Assembly (NCBI GenBank): GCA_025056565.1
Contig: JANWWA010000004.1
Location: 61,689 to 125,688 of the forward strand
Reading direction: 5' to 3'
Length of the DNA: 64,000 nucleotides
From: Chloroherpetonaceae bacterium
GTDB taxonomy: Bacteria; Bacteroidota; Chlorobiia; Chlorobiales; Thermochlorobacteraceae
In this document: piece by piece, positions 1 through 9,686 of the stretch
Layout: the number at the start of each line of letters is the position of its first letter
How positions within the stretch are numbered: the first letter of the stretch is position 1
Position numbers and translations under genes: made by a program
The notes under the pieces: generated by a model
Told to the model about the DNA's origin: nothing
What the model saw: the letters and a program-made list of their open reading frames with translations, nothing else
Database searches by the model: none

Positions 1-15
1 GGTGTAGATTTTGGA

Positions 16-822
16 CTACCAGTCTTTTTCTGGACGCACAGAGCCAGCTGACTTCTTGGCTTGATACTTTTTTAGCATTCCTTTTTCGTTGTCTTTCAAA
101 GCGTCTAAGATGCGCTCCGCTTCCTCTGGGCTAAAATTCTGCAACTTTGGCATTTGCGGTTTGTCCTGAGCGCCAGAAGCATCTTGTGGGGGTGGCGGCG
201 GTGCGGTGTCTTTTTGCTCGCCCTGTGGAGGCTTCGCATCTTGTTTATGAGGGTCGGGCTGTGTGTCTGAATTTGGGGTGTCTTTCTGCTTGTCGCTCTG
301 GTCATTTTGCTGATGTTGTCTGTGTTGCTCGCGCTGTTTCTGGCGCTGCTCTTCTCTATGCAAAAGAGAGCGAACAAACTCGTAGTTTGTCTTTGCGTCA
401 TAGTCTTTGGGATTGAGCGAGAGAGCTTCTTTGTAGGCGCTCAAAGCTTGGCGGTAGAGGTTCATACGCTCCTCGACGGGAGCATTTCTGCCCTGTTGCA
501 CCAAAGCGTTCCCGATGTTGTAATGCGCATCAGCGCGTAAGTCAGCACTGAGGCTTGGATTCTGAGCCAGTGATTCAAACTGCTTGATGGCTTCAGCATA
601 ATTGCGTTTCCGATACTCCACATTTGCTTGATTGAACAGCGCTTCTTTCTTCTCTTCCAGTGAAGATTTTTCTGAGGCTACCTTGTCGTAATACCGTTTG
701 GCTTCATCGTACTCGCCACGATTGTAAGCGCGGTTGCCACGCTCAATATCTATAAACTGGGCCTGTGCCGTGTGCCACATAAGCCCGAAAGCAAGCACGA
801 GGATAAGCGATTGATGCGTCAT
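16..822 (-). CDS. secreted TPR-repeat protein, BatC-like
   Basis: ORF 16..882 trimmed to the ATG at 822, which opens a signal peptide MTHQSLILVLAFGLMWHTAQAQ. TPR-like repeats are present (YNRGEYDEAKRYYDKV, YRKRNYAEAIKQFESL, AHYNIGNALVQQG, ALSAYKEALSLNP), followed by a Q/K/P/D-rich low-complexity tail. Starts 10 nt after the stop of a vWA gene, as in Bat operons. Confidence 0.75.
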   Translation of the reverse strand: MTHQSLILVLAFGLMWHTAQAQFIDIERGNRAYNRGEYDEAKRYYDKVASEKSSLEEKKEALFNQANVEYRKRNYAEAIKQFESLAQNPSLSADLRADAHYNIGNALVQQGRNAPVEERMNLYRQALSAYKEALSLNPKDYDAKTNYEFVRSLLHREEQRQKQREQHRQHQQNDQSDKQKDTPNSDTQPDPHKQDAKPPQGEQKDTAPPPPPQDASGAQDKPQMPKLQNFSPEEAERILDALKDNEKGMLKKYQAKKSAGSVRPEKDW

Positions 823-832
823 AGCAGAAGCA

Positions 833-1873
833 CTATTTGCGTGTCCATGTCCACTTGCGTTCCGATAGCAAAGTGTCGGCAATCAAGAGCACCAAAGCCA
901 TGGAAAGCAAGATTTGAAAGCGGTCGTCGTAGTCAACATACTCTCGCGAAGCCAGTTCCGCTTTTTGTAGCGAGTTAAGTTCAGAAGCAAGCGGCTCAAG
1001 ACCACTGGTTTGCGCATCAATGCGATAGAAATTGCCGCCGGTTTGGGTCGCCAAGGCACGCAAGTGGTCAGGCACGAATGCGGTGGTAACAATGCCGGCT
1101 TGATTGCGCTTAAAATCAATGCGCCGACCTTGTGCATCGAGCACAGGAATCGGCACAGGGTTGTCCGAGCCAATGCCCACTGCATAAATGCGTATTTGCT
1201 CAGCTTGGGCGGCATCAATAGCGGCTTGCAAATTGCCTTCGTGGTCTTCGCCATCGCTGAACATCAAGATGACCTTGTTACGCGGCTGGCTTCTGTCACT
1301 TGCAGCGGCACCGCTCTCAATGCCACGAAAGGCACGCACCGATTCCAGAATCGCATCACGAAAATTAGTGCCCTGTGGTTGGATAGCATCAGTGGAAGCC
1401 ACTTCCAAAAAGAGCCGAAGAGCATTCTTGTCAGTCGTTAGTGGGCACTGCAAGAATGCTTCGCCTGCAAAAATAACCAGCCCGATGCGGTCTTCGCCCA
1501 GCCTATCGAGCAGGCGACTGATTTCATACTTGGCTTTCTGCAATCGATTGGGCTTGACGTCTTCAGCCAACATACTGTTTGAGACATCGAGCGCAATGAC
1601 AATATCAATGCCTTTCTTCTTGACCTCTTTGAGGCGCGTGCCGACTTGTGGCGCGGCAAATGCAACAAGAATGAGGGCGGCAGCCACCCAAATGAAGATG
1701 GCTTTCCAAACAGCTTGTGCACGGCTATGCGAAGCAGCAAGCTGCTGAACCAATTCAAAGTTCCCAAACTGGCGTAGTGCGTTCCAGCGGGCCCAAAGCC
1801 CATAGATAAGAAGCAGCGCCAGTGGAAGCAGCGCCCATAGCCACTGCAGATGTTCTGGATAACCGAACCGCAT
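833..1873 (-). CDS. vWA-domain membrane protein, BatA/BatB-like
   Basis: MRFGYPEHLQWLWALLPLALLL N-terminus is typical of BatA/B. MIDAS motif region IVIALDVSNSM. A second TM segment lies at the C-terminus. The track start at 1894 is a TTG; the ATG at 1873 is preferred. Confidence 0.85.
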   Translation of the reverse strand: MRFGYPEHLQWLWALLPLALLLIYGLWARWNALRQFGNFELVQQLAASHSRAQAVWKAIFIWVAAALILVAFAAPQVGTRLKEVKKKGIDIVIALDVSNSMLAEDVKPNRLQKAKYEISRLLDRLGEDRIGLVIFAGEAFLQCPLTTDKNALRLFLEVASTDAIQPQGTNFRDAILESVRAFRGIESGAAASDRSQPRNKVILMFSDGEDHEGNLQAAIDAAQAEQIRIYAVGIGSDNPVPIPVLDAQGRRIDFKRNQAGIVTTAFVPDHLRALATQTGGNFYRIDAQTSGLEPLASELNSLQKAELASREYVDYDDRFQILLSMALVLLIADTLLSERKWTWTRK

Positions 1874-2030
1874 TCTGCCGAAAGGAAAGCCCAAATATAC
1901 AGCTTACCACGAAGCCAGTGAAACCAACTGAAAGCCTTGTGCAGCAAAAAGCCCTCAAGAAGATAGGCAGCGTGGGTGGAGTGACTGAACTGTGATTCAC
2001 CGCAACAAAAGCTGCACGTGCCTTGCCAGC

Positions 2031-3611
2031 TCACCGCTTTAGTTTCTTGATACGGATTTTGCCCTGCGATGCTTGCAGTGAAATCAGTGCACCGCCACCG
2101 TTGAGCGTGATGGTGAGTTCATCATCAGAGCCGTCTATACCATTTGTTCTTTGAGCCTCAAAGTCTGAAAGAATGCGGCTGGCTTTGCTGCGGCTGTTGC
2201 CCCCAGCTCGAGCGAGCGAATCAAGTTGAGCAGCGCGTGCCTTTACCAAGTATTTTTGCAGCGCGCCGAGTTGACCAGCAGTGAGGACATAGCGAAGGCT
2301 GTCAATGCTAACAACAATTGTTGAACCACCAAAGCCTTCTGGCGTGGTAATCAAAACAGGTTTTAGACGCAGGCTGTCAATGACAAGAACAGAGCTGTGT
2401 GCAAAGTGATTGGGTCGCACAATTACTGCAGAGCCCGTAATAAGACTATCCACAATGCGCCCTGATCGTACTAAAGGAAGTTTAATAGTTGTGTCAAAGC
2501 GAATCACGAGGCTGTGTTCATCGATGTCTGTTGAGTTGCGAAGTGCGCGCAGCTCTTGAATGAATGCATCAATTTCTCGCAGGCGATGGAGCGTATGGAG
2601 GTAAGGTAAGCGAGACAAAGATAGTGAGTTGTCTCGTACTTGTGCTTCAATAGTCGCTTTTGCTGATTCAGGCACGCGAAGCTCAATGTCGCCAAATGTG
2701 GTGCTTAGGAAGCTGTGTCCAGCCGCATTGGGGAGAAGTTCTGCGTAGATGTTGCCTGCAGTGGCGTGAGCTGAAATTGTCCCAGCAATATTTTCCAAAC
2801 GAATAGAGCCGCTGCTGGTTTTCACATCTACTTTACCAGTGGCGCGTTTCACTGTGATGTGACCGCCAGAGGTAGAAGCACTCAGGTCAGAATAGGCGGC
2901 TTGCACGCGAATATCGCCACCAGAGGTGTTCAGAAATGCATCGCCCTGAACAGAATCTATATAGATGTGTCCCCCTAAGGTTTTGACATGCAATTTGTTG
3001 CCAGCTGTGCCAATACGCACTGTGCCGCCTGAGGTGCTGACATCTAAACGACCACCGACTTTGCCGATGCGAACATCGCCGCCTGAAGTTTTTACATATC
3101 CGTCGCCTTGGGCTTCTTCAAGAGAGATAGAACCGCTGGTGGCAGAAAGGTCAACGTTGCCTTTCACCGTGTGTAGGCGAATATCCCCATAGTTGCTCGA
3201 GGCGCGCACAGAACCAAGAAGTGTCTCTCCAAGCAAAATATCGCCAGCCAGTGATTTGAGCTCGAGGTTGAACATGACAGGCACGCTGACTTCAAAGCGG
3301 AGAAGACGACTCGGGCGGCTCGGCCAACTGGAGCGTTGAGGACGGTAACTGACACTTACAGTATTACCGCTCTGAGCTATTTTGAGAGCGTTGCTCTCGT
3401 CCTCGTCGATGCCCACTGCGCGTATTGAGACCACATTGTCGTCTCTCACCGAGACCACGATATCCCCAGCGCTAATGGAAATTTGCAGAGACCCACCGGG
3501 CTGAACGAAGAATGTGCGTTCAATGTCAGTGCGCTCGTCTGAGAGCGACCCGCCAAATAGCGTGCGATGAAGCGCTAAAAAAAGCAGCAGCGATGCAACC
3601 AGATTCTTCAT
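2031..3611 (-). CDS. secreted DUF4097-like beta-strand repeat protein (putative adhesin fold)
   Basis: Signal peptide MKNLVASLLLFLALHRTLFG. Many short repeats of the form SGG(D/H/T)(I/V)R(I/V) (TSGGDVRIG, TSGGTVRIG, TSGGDIRVQ, TSGGHITVK, SSGSIRLE). Lies immediately downstream of the anti-sigma gene. Confidence 0.7.
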   Translation of the reverse strand: MKNLVASLLLFLALHRTLFGGSLSDERTDIERTFFVQPGGSLQISISAGDIVVSVRDDNVVSIRAVGIDEDESNALKIAQSGNTVSVSYRPQRSSWPSRPSRLLRFEVSVPVMFNLELKSLAGDILLGETLLGSVRASSNYGDIRLHTVKGNVDLSATSGSISLEEAQGDGYVKTSGGDVRIGKVGGRLDVSTSGGTVRIGTAGNKLHVKTLGGHIYIDSVQGDAFLNTSGGDIRVQAAYSDLSASTSGGHITVKRATGKVDVKTSSGSIRLENIAGTISAHATAGNIYAELLPNAAGHSFLSTTFGDIELRVPESAKATIEAQVRDNSLSLSRLPYLHTLHRLREIDAFIQELRALRNSTDIDEHSLVIRFDTTIKLPLVRSGRIVDSLITGSAVIVRPNHFAHSSVLVIDSLRLKPVLITTPEGFGGSTIVVSIDSLRYVLTAGQLGALQKYLVKARAAQLDSLARAGGNSRSKASRILSDFEAQRTNGIDGSDDELTITLNGGGALISLQASQGKIRIKKLKR

Positions 3612-3628
3612 AGCTTGTAGCAGTTGGG

Positions 3629-4612
3629 TTATTGGAGAGAAAGAGGTTCAGAAAGTTCTTCGAGCAATGCACCTGCATTAGTGCGAATGTATGGATTCTC
3701 ATCTTGCTCCAAGCGCGTTCGCAACTTAGAAAGCGAAAGCGCATCAAGCGAGAAGCCAATGCCGCGTGCAAGTGCGTCTATCGCCGCAATGCGTAGACCA
3801 GCGTTTGAGTCGTTCATCAATACATAAAGCAGCGCTTGACCAATTTCAGCAGTGGGCGGCAACTGGAGCAGAAGGTTCAAAGCATTATGCCGTAACTCAG
3901 TGTGCAGGTCATACTTAACAACGCGAATCAGTGCAGCACGAATATCAGGCTGATGCAATAGGGCAGGTGTTTGATGCAAAATACCAAAGGCTTGCTGGCG
4001 ACTCTCCAGCGGTTGATCAGCAGCCAAAGCACGGGCTAACAAAGCACAAATGCGAGGGTCATGCACTGTGCCAGATAGTTCCTGTGGCACAAGTACATCG
4101 AAGTCAATGCGGCAGGTGCTATCGGTAAGGGATTCGATGGTGCGAACAAGAGCCCGTTGTGCAAAGTCCTTGGAAAAACCTTGTGTGGCAGAGTGAGAAA
4201 GAGTAGGCAGCTTAAACGAAAGAAAGAACGTAACATACCCAACCAATCCACCTAAGATAAACACCAGCACCATAGTGAGTGCCAGTTGATAAAGTGATGC
4301 AGGCTTTGCGTGCAGCGGTATGAACGCCTCAAGCGCAAACAAAAGCCGCTGATAGAAAGAAGGTGGAGCTGCTTCAAGACGAAGACGGGATTTCAGGGCA
4401 GCACGGGCATCAGCTAAAAGTGTTGATGGAGGTGAAGTGGCAAAAGCTGTGTTAAGGCGTGCAAGCAAGGTTTGCAGTGTGCTAACCTGTTCTCTTGCAA
4501 CCGCGTCTTGCTGAAGAAGGGCATCTATTTCTTCCTTTTCGTCGTTGCTGAGTGCATTCAGCACGTAGAGTATCAGTCGTTCATTGAGCTCATTAGGGTT
4601 CATCGTCGTCAT
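3629..4612 (-). CDS. putative anti-sigma factor with single TM and HEAT-like periplasmic domain
   Basis: N-terminus LILYVLNALSNDEKEEIDALLQQDAVAREQV resembles anti-sigma N-terminal helices. One central TM (LALTMVLVFILGGLVGYVTFFLSF). C-terminal HEAT-like repeats (NAGLRIAAIDALARG, ENPYIRTNAGALL). Starts 13 nt downstream of the ECF sigma gene. Confidence 0.6.
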   Translation of the reverse strand: MTTMNPNELNERLILYVLNALSNDEKEEIDALLQQDAVAREQVSTLQTLLARLNTAFATSPPSTLLADARAALKSRLRLEAAPPSFYQRLLFALEAFIPLHAKPASLYQLALTMVLVFILGGLVGYVTFFLSFKLPTLSHSATQGFSKDFAQRALVRTIESLTDSTCRIDFDVLVPQELSGTVHDPRICALLARALAADQPLESRQQAFGILHQTPALLHQPDIRAALIRVVKYDLHTELRHNALNLLLQLPPTAEIGQALLYVLMNDSNAGLRIAAIDALARGIGFSLDALSLSKLRTRLEQDENPYIRTNAGALLEELSEPLSLQ

Positions 4613-4624
4613 GATAATTGTTGG

Positions 4625-5176
4625 TTAAACGGATAAATCGCGTAGCACGCGCTGCAAGCGGGTAACAGCCTCATAGAGATGCTTCTTTACGGTGCCTTCG
4701 GCACAGTTCATCATCTTAGCGATTTCTTTGATGGAGTAACCTTCATAATGTTTGAGCAAAAATGCCATCTTTTGATGGGGTGAAAGACTCATCAAGGCCT
4801 CCTCAACTTGCAAAGCAAGCATAGGACTGGGCGATACAGCGTAGCCATTGAGGGCGTCCTCGGACTTGAGCACATCTTGTTCCTGAGATAAGCGTTGCTG
4901 CTGCGTACGGTAGCTCAGGCAAACATTTGTAACGATTTGATATAGCCAAGTGGAAAACTCGCTGCGACCTTCAAACTGCGGCAAACCTCTATAGACGCGC
5001 AGAAAAATTTCTTGGTAGAGGTCTTTAGCATCTTCCTCGCTGGCGGTATATCGCCATACCAGTGCAAGCACCCGCTCATCGTATCGCTCAACAAGGCGTT
5101 CAAATGCACGGAGGTTACCTGCCTGCGCAGCCTGAATCAAATCCATCTCAGAAATCGACAGTTCGTGCTTCGCCAT
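4625..5176 (-). CDS. ECF-type RNA polymerase sigma-70 family factor
   Basis: Region 2 (FERLVERYDERVLALVWRYTASEEDAKDLYQEIFLRVYRGLPQF, FSTWLYQIVTNVC) and region 4 HTH (GYSIKEIAKMMNCAEGTVKKHLYEAVTRL). The ATG at 5176 gives a typical 183-aa ECF length. The upstream extension to 5293 is not sigma-like. Confidence 0.9.
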   Translation of the reverse strand: MAKHELSISEMDLIQAAQAGNLRAFERLVERYDERVLALVWRYTASEEDAKDLYQEIFLRVYRGLPQFEGRSEFSTWLYQIVTNVCLSYRTQQQRLSQEQDVLKSEDALNGYAVSPSPMLALQVEEALMSLSPHQKMAFLLKHYEGYSIKEIAKMMNCAEGTVKKHLYEAVTRLQRVLRDLSV

Positions 5177-5524
5177 TGCGAGTAGTTGGCTTCGCTTTCT
5201 TAGTAAGACTGGCAGAGAAGCCAAAAAGTTGGGGGTGGAAAAATTTTTCATGGATTTGGCAGGGAGAGATGCAGGCAAAAGCTCACTGGGCATACACCAC
5301 CGATATGAAGATGTTCAATAGGACACCGCATTTGTGCCTGCCTGCAAGCAAATTGAAGCGTGTGGCACAGGGATAGAATAAGATCGCGCATGCTCTGCGC
5401 AGCGATTACAAATAATCTGTGCAGCAGAGTGAGGTGCAAGTAGCATTGTGGTTGGATGTTTCACATATCACGCAGGGCAGCACAGAGCGGAGTAGCTTGG
5501 AGCACGCAGAGAGCGCAGTCAGGT

Positions 5525-5565
5525 AAAAAAGGGAGCAGCGTTGAGACGTTCGCTTCGCCGCTCCC
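5525..5565 (-). terminator. rho-independent terminator downstream of the S9 peptidase gene
   Basis: On the minus strand GGGAGCGGCG (comp. of 5556-5565) pairs with CGCUGCUCCC (comp. of 5531-5540). There is one mismatch and a 15-nt loop. The stem is followed by UUUUUU (5525-5530). Lies 24 nt after the stop at 5589. Confidence 0.6.
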
Positions 5566-5588
5566 AACTTTGTATCCCTATTCCATCT

Positions 5589-8042
5589 TTAATCCAGCTG
5601 TGAAGTTTTGGTGTCAGCGTTCTTAACATACTTTTCGAGCCACTCATGCATTTCATACAGCATGTGCATCACGGATTCACGGGCTTGGTAGCCGTGTGAT
5701 TCATGCGGCAGAAGCACCATTCGGGCAGTCTTACCAAGCCCTTTAAGCGCATTGAAGAACCGCTCGGTTTGAATCGGGAAGGTGCCTTGATTGTTGTCAG
5801 CTTCGCCGTGAATGAGCAAAATGGGTTCATTGATTTTATCGGCATGCATAAAAGGTGACATGGCAATGTAGGTTTCAGGGGCTTGCCAAAGCGTGCGTTC
5901 TTCGTTCTGGAAGCCGAAGGGGGTCAGCGTGCGATTGTAGGCGCCGCTGCGGGCAATGCCAGCTCGGAATAGGTCAGAATGTGCAAGGAGGTTTGCCGTC
6001 ATAAACGCGCCGTAAGAGTGACCACCAATCGCAATCCGACGGCGGTCAGCTACGCCGCGCCGCACGACTTCCTCCACAGCGGCTTTGGCACTTGCAACCA
6101 ACTGAGGAATGTATGTGTCGTTAGGCTCCTTGCCACCCTCACCGACGATTGGCATAGTTGGGCCGTCCAAAATTGCGTAGCCTTGCGTGAGCCAAAAAAG
6201 TGGCGACCCCCAGTTGATACGCGTAAAGCGATATGGAGAGCCGACAACTTGACTGGCTGCCTGTGCACTCTTGAACTCGCGCGGATAAGCCCACATCAGC
6301 ATCGGCAGAGGACCTTTCTCTGGTGTCCAACCTTCAGGGGTATAAAGCGTCGCAGAAAGCTCCACGCCATCTTCGCGCTTGTATTTGATGAGTTCCTTCT
6401 GAACTTTTGCCAGAGCGGGTGCAGGATGCGGAAAATTCGTCAGCGCGGTCAGCGTGTTATCAGATAGGTTTCGCACAAAGTAATTTGGTGGGTCTGTTTG
6501 CGACTCACGGCTGGTTACGATGCGCTGGCTGGCTTCATCCAGCACGTCAATTGGATATTCGTAGTAGGGCGCAGCTGACTGCCAGAGACGCTCTGCTTTC
6601 TTTGTGGTGAGATTAAACTTATCCAGAAAAGGCTTGTCGCCCTCAGGGGAGGCACCTTCGCCAATCATCAGGAGCGCATTGCCGCCATCAGCAAGATGTA
6701 GGACTGAAAAACCGTTTGGGAGCATTTTCATCACTGGCTCGCCTGGGTCACTGTATCGGTCTTCAAAGGAGCGGTCAAAAAGCAAATCAGGCTGAGCATC
6801 TTTGACATCAGGCATAAGTTTCCAAGTGCGGATTTTGCGTGTCGACCACCAAGTTTCGCTGATGAGCGCAAAGTGCGTCTCGCTCCAGAGTGCGCTTTGA
6901 AAGCGATAGGTTAAGGCTGCAATTTCCTTCGGTGCATCTGTAAACGGCTCGGCTAAAACAAAGAGCTTATCACGCACCTCAGCTTTGACCTTCGGGTCGC
7001 CATTATCCTGAGCTTCGACCCAGTAAAGCGTGGCTGGGGCATCGGGACGCCACTGACAATTCCGGACACCTTTGCGTGCTGCATCACGCCCAAGCGGAAT
7101 ATCTTCAGCAAGCGGTAAGTCAGCAATTTCCTTAACCAATTTGCCAGTCAAGTCCAGAACTTCAATTTTCTTCGGAAAACGGGCGGCGGGCACAAGGTAT
7201 GAAAAGGGTCGGTGCAGCGTTTCCACCAAGAGATACTTCCCATTTGGCGAAGGCTGAAAAGTGGCAATTAAACCTTCTTTGGCAATCGGTTTGAGCGCGC
7301 CAGACAGCGAGACTTGCGCTAACTTGGACGCAAGGAAATACTCAAAGAGTGCCTCATCGTGAGCGTTTTTCAGAAGGTCTTGAAAGGTTGGTGCAGCAGC
7401 TGTCTTGCCCGAAGTTTCTTGAATAACAGGACCAGTTGGCACGGCAGGCGCCAGAGGCTCTTTACCACGCTTGTCGGAGATAAGTTTAACAATCAAGCCT
7501 TTGCTGTCGGGCAACCACACAAATGCTGGACCGAATGCATCATTCAGAGGTGCATTAATCAGTTTCTTTGCACTGGCCGTAGCTACATTAGCTAACCAAA
7601 GCTCAATGCTGTTGGAGCGCGTAAGGGTAAAAGCAAGGTAAGCCCCATTTGGCGACCAACGCACATTCGTAATACGTGCCTCACTGGGCAAGCCTGAAAT
7701 CACACGTTCCTCTGGTTTATCAATTGACCGAAGCACCAGTTTAGTAAAGTAACTGGCTCGGCTTGGACCGTTGGTGCGCGGATTGATACGCAAGCCAGCA
7801 AGACGATACTCAGGTGCCGCTAACTCCGAAATCGGCGGCAGGCTCGGCCGTTCCAGAATAAGCATCAAGGTGCGATTGGGCGAAAGGCTGACAGCAGGCG
7901 TAGGCGGCGCATCTACCAAATCGGCAATCGCCTTCGGTGGCATCTTATAGCCAGTGCTACCTTGTGCGAAAGTAGATTGGCTCATAGTTAGCAAGGCAAG
8001 TAGTGTGAGCGCAAGGCGCAGCCGTAAAATAGTTGCTTGCAT
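5589..8042 (-). CDS. secreted prolyl-oligopeptidase-family (S9) serine peptidase
   Basis: Signal peptide after the ATG at 8042 (MQATILRLRLALTLLALLTMSQSTFAQG). C-terminal alpha/beta-hydrolase domain with nucleophile elbow GGHSYGAF, then LLIHGEADNN and HESHGY (Ser-Asp-His order of family S9). Long propeller-like N-terminal region. Confidence 0.85.
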   Translation of the reverse strand: MQATILRLRLALTLLALLTMSQSTFAQGSTGYKMPPKAIADLVDAPPTPAVSLSPNRTLMLILERPSLPPISELAAPEYRLAGLRINPRTNGPSRASYFTKLVLRSIDKPEERVISGLPSEARITNVRWSPNGAYLAFTLTRSNSIELWLANVATASAKKLINAPLNDAFGPAFVWLPDSKGLIVKLISDKRGKEPLAPAVPTGPVIQETSGKTAAAPTFQDLLKNAHDEALFEYFLASKLAQVSLSGALKPIAKEGLIATFQPSPNGKYLLVETLHRPFSYLVPAARFPKKIEVLDLTGKLVKEIADLPLAEDIPLGRDAARKGVRNCQWRPDAPATLYWVEAQDNGDPKVKAEVRDKLFVLAEPFTDAPKEIAALTYRFQSALWSETHFALISETWWSTRKIRTWKLMPDVKDAQPDLLFDRSFEDRYSDPGEPVMKMLPNGFSVLHLADGGNALLMIGEGASPEGDKPFLDKFNLTTKKAERLWQSAAPYYEYPIDVLDEASQRIVTSRESQTDPPNYFVRNLSDNTLTALTNFPHPAPALAKVQKELIKYKREDGVELSATLYTPEGWTPEKGPLPMLMWAYPREFKSAQAASQVVGSPYRFTRINWGSPLFWLTQGYAILDGPTMPIVGEGGKEPNDTYIPQLVASAKAAVEEVVRRGVADRRRIAIGGHSYGAFMTANLLAHSDLFRAGIARSGAYNRTLTPFGFQNEERTLWQAPETYIAMSPFMHADKINEPILLIHGEADNNQGTFPIQTERFFNALKGLGKTARMVLLPHESHGYQARESVMHMLYEMHEWLEKYVKNADTKTSQLD

Positions 8043-8378
8043 AGTTGAAAAGTCATAGTTGTTGATGAGCTTCTTGCTTGGGAAGGAAGCTAAGAAAATC
8101 TGTGGTAAGTTCAACACTATGAAGTATCACAAAGTGAAGTAAGCGCAAAAGGAAGTACTCACTCTTTCTTTTAAGATAGTCTTACCCCTCAAATAGCTGA
8201 CATCGGAGTGGCTCAGCCTCTGGAAGCAGCACAGACACAGTGCGTTCTAAGGCGAGTTATTATCATACGGTCTCACTGCTGGGTTTGGAATTATCCAATA
8301 CATACCGTAATATCGGCGGCTGTTCAACGCCTGTTGAACAGAGAACTCTATCACAAAACAAAAAAGGAGGGATGCTGT

Positions 8379-9626
8379 ATGCAAGCTATTCGCTCACTTG
8401 TTCTTTCTTTGACGCTTCTGGTTGTGCTCTCGCTATCGAGTTGCCGCGACCAATCCTTCAGCCCACAGCTGCCCGAAGAAAAACCCACTGTCCAAAAAAG
8501 CACTGTCATTGAAGGGCACTATATTGTTGTGTTCAAAGACTTTGAGGCTGCCCCTGAGCTTACAGCCAGTCAAAAAACCCGTCTCCGCACCCCACAGTAT
8601 GCTGAATTGCAAGCAGTCCGAAACAAGGTTGATGACCTTGCCGCTTTGTATGGCATTGATCGGAGCAAAATCGAGCGCACATATAGCTACGCCCTGCAAG
8701 GCTTTGCAGCAGAACTCACAGAGGCACAAGTCGAGGCATTGCGTAAAGACCCAAGAGTCGCATACGTAGAGCCTGACCAAGAAGTGACACTGAGCTACAC
8801 CGTAGATGATGAACCCAAAGAGCAGGCTGAGCTAATGAATCAGACCACACCTTGGGGGATTACACGTGTCGGCGGTGCCGTCAATGCAGCAGGGCTCTCA
8901 CGCTGGGCTTGGGTCGTGGACTCAGGCATTCAGCTTGACCACCCGGACTTAACGGTCAATACCACATTTGCGCGCACCTTTGTGAACGAGCCTGGCGGTG
9001 CAGATGACCGAAATGGGCATGGTACACACGTAGCAGGCACGATTGCAGCGCGCAACAACACAATTGGCGTCGTAGGTGTAGCGGCAGGAGCAACAGTTGT
9101 GCCAGTGAAAGTCTTCGGTGCCAGCGGTAGCTCCAGCAACTCCATTATCATTTCAGGTATTGACTATGTTACTGCAAATGCAGTAGCAGGCGATGTCTGC
9201 AATATGAGCTTAGGGGGTGGGGCATCAACAGCTGTAGATGATGCAGTACGCCGCTGTGCCGCAAGAGGCATTCGCTGTGCAGTCGCAGCAGGAAATTCCT
9301 CTGCCAATGCTAACAATTATTCACCAGCACGCGTCAATGGCACGAACATCTGGACAGTTTCTGCGCACGATGTCAATGACCGCTTTGCATCGTTTTCTAA
9401 CTATGGCAACCCACCGATCGATTGGTGCGCACCTGGCGTGAACGTCAATTCTACTTGGATTGGTAGCGGATACCGCTCAATTAGTGGCACATCAATGGCG
9501 ACGCCGCATGTGGCGGGCATCTTGCTGGTAAACAACGGTGTGATCAATGAGCGTAACAACATCAATGGTACGCGCTACGTCATTGGTGACCCCGATTCCT
9601 CGCCTGACCGATTGGCTCGGCGATAA
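8379..9626 (+). CDS. subtilisin-like serine protease (S8) with I9 propeptide, lipoprotein signal
   Basis: ATG at 8379 is preceded by AAAAGGAGGG. Lipobox LSLSSC. I9-type propeptide (GHYIVVFKD...ALQGFAAELTEAQVEALRKDPRVAYVEPDQ). Catalytic triad motifs VVDSGI, HGTHVAGTIAA, GTSMATPHVAG. Confidence 0.92.
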   Translation: MQAIRSLVLSLTLLVVLSLSSCRDQSFSPQLPEEKPTVQKSTVIEGHYIVVFKDFEAAPELTASQKTRLRTPQYAELQAVRNKVDDLAALYGIDRSKIERTYSYALQGFAAELTEAQVEALRKDPRVAYVEPDQEVTLSYTVDDEPKEQAELMNQTTPWGITRVGGAVNAAGLSRWAWVVDSGIQLDHPDLTVNTTFARTFVNEPGGADDRNGHGTHVAGTIAARNNTIGVVGVAAGATVVPVKVFGASGSSSNSIIISGIDYVTANAVAGDVCNMSLGGGASTAVDDAVRRCAARGIRCAVAAGNSSANANNYSPARVNGTNIWTVSAHDVNDRFASFSNYGNPPIDWCAPGVNVNSTWIGSGYRSISGTSMATPHVAGILLVNNGVINERNNINGTRYVIGDPDSSPDRLARR

Positions 9627-9649
9627 GTTTGAGCACATTTTCTATCAAG

Positions 9650-9686
9650 AAAAGCCGCGAAGCGATTTCGCGGCTTTTTCGTTTTT
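9650..9686. terminator. bidirectional rho-independent terminator between convergent protease and asd genes
   Basis: Perfect 12-bp stem AAAAGCCGCGAA (9650-9661) / TTCGCGGCTTTT (9667-9678) with a 5-nt loop. T-run on the plus side (to 9686) and A-run on the other side. Confidence 0.7.

Noticed and set aside
5177-5293. N-terminal extensions suggested by the ORF track for several genes: 5293 (sigma), 8117 (S9), 8208 (S8), 23845 (DPP-IV), 27948 (tadA), 28654 (CDF), 29578 (ScsB), 42843 (T9SS protein), 882 and 1894 (Bat genes).
   Set aside because: In each case an internal ATG gives a canonical signal peptide or the family-typical N-terminus. Some of these ATGs also create ATGA coupling with the upstream gene. 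Several of the upstream track starts I checked are TTG/GTG codons.
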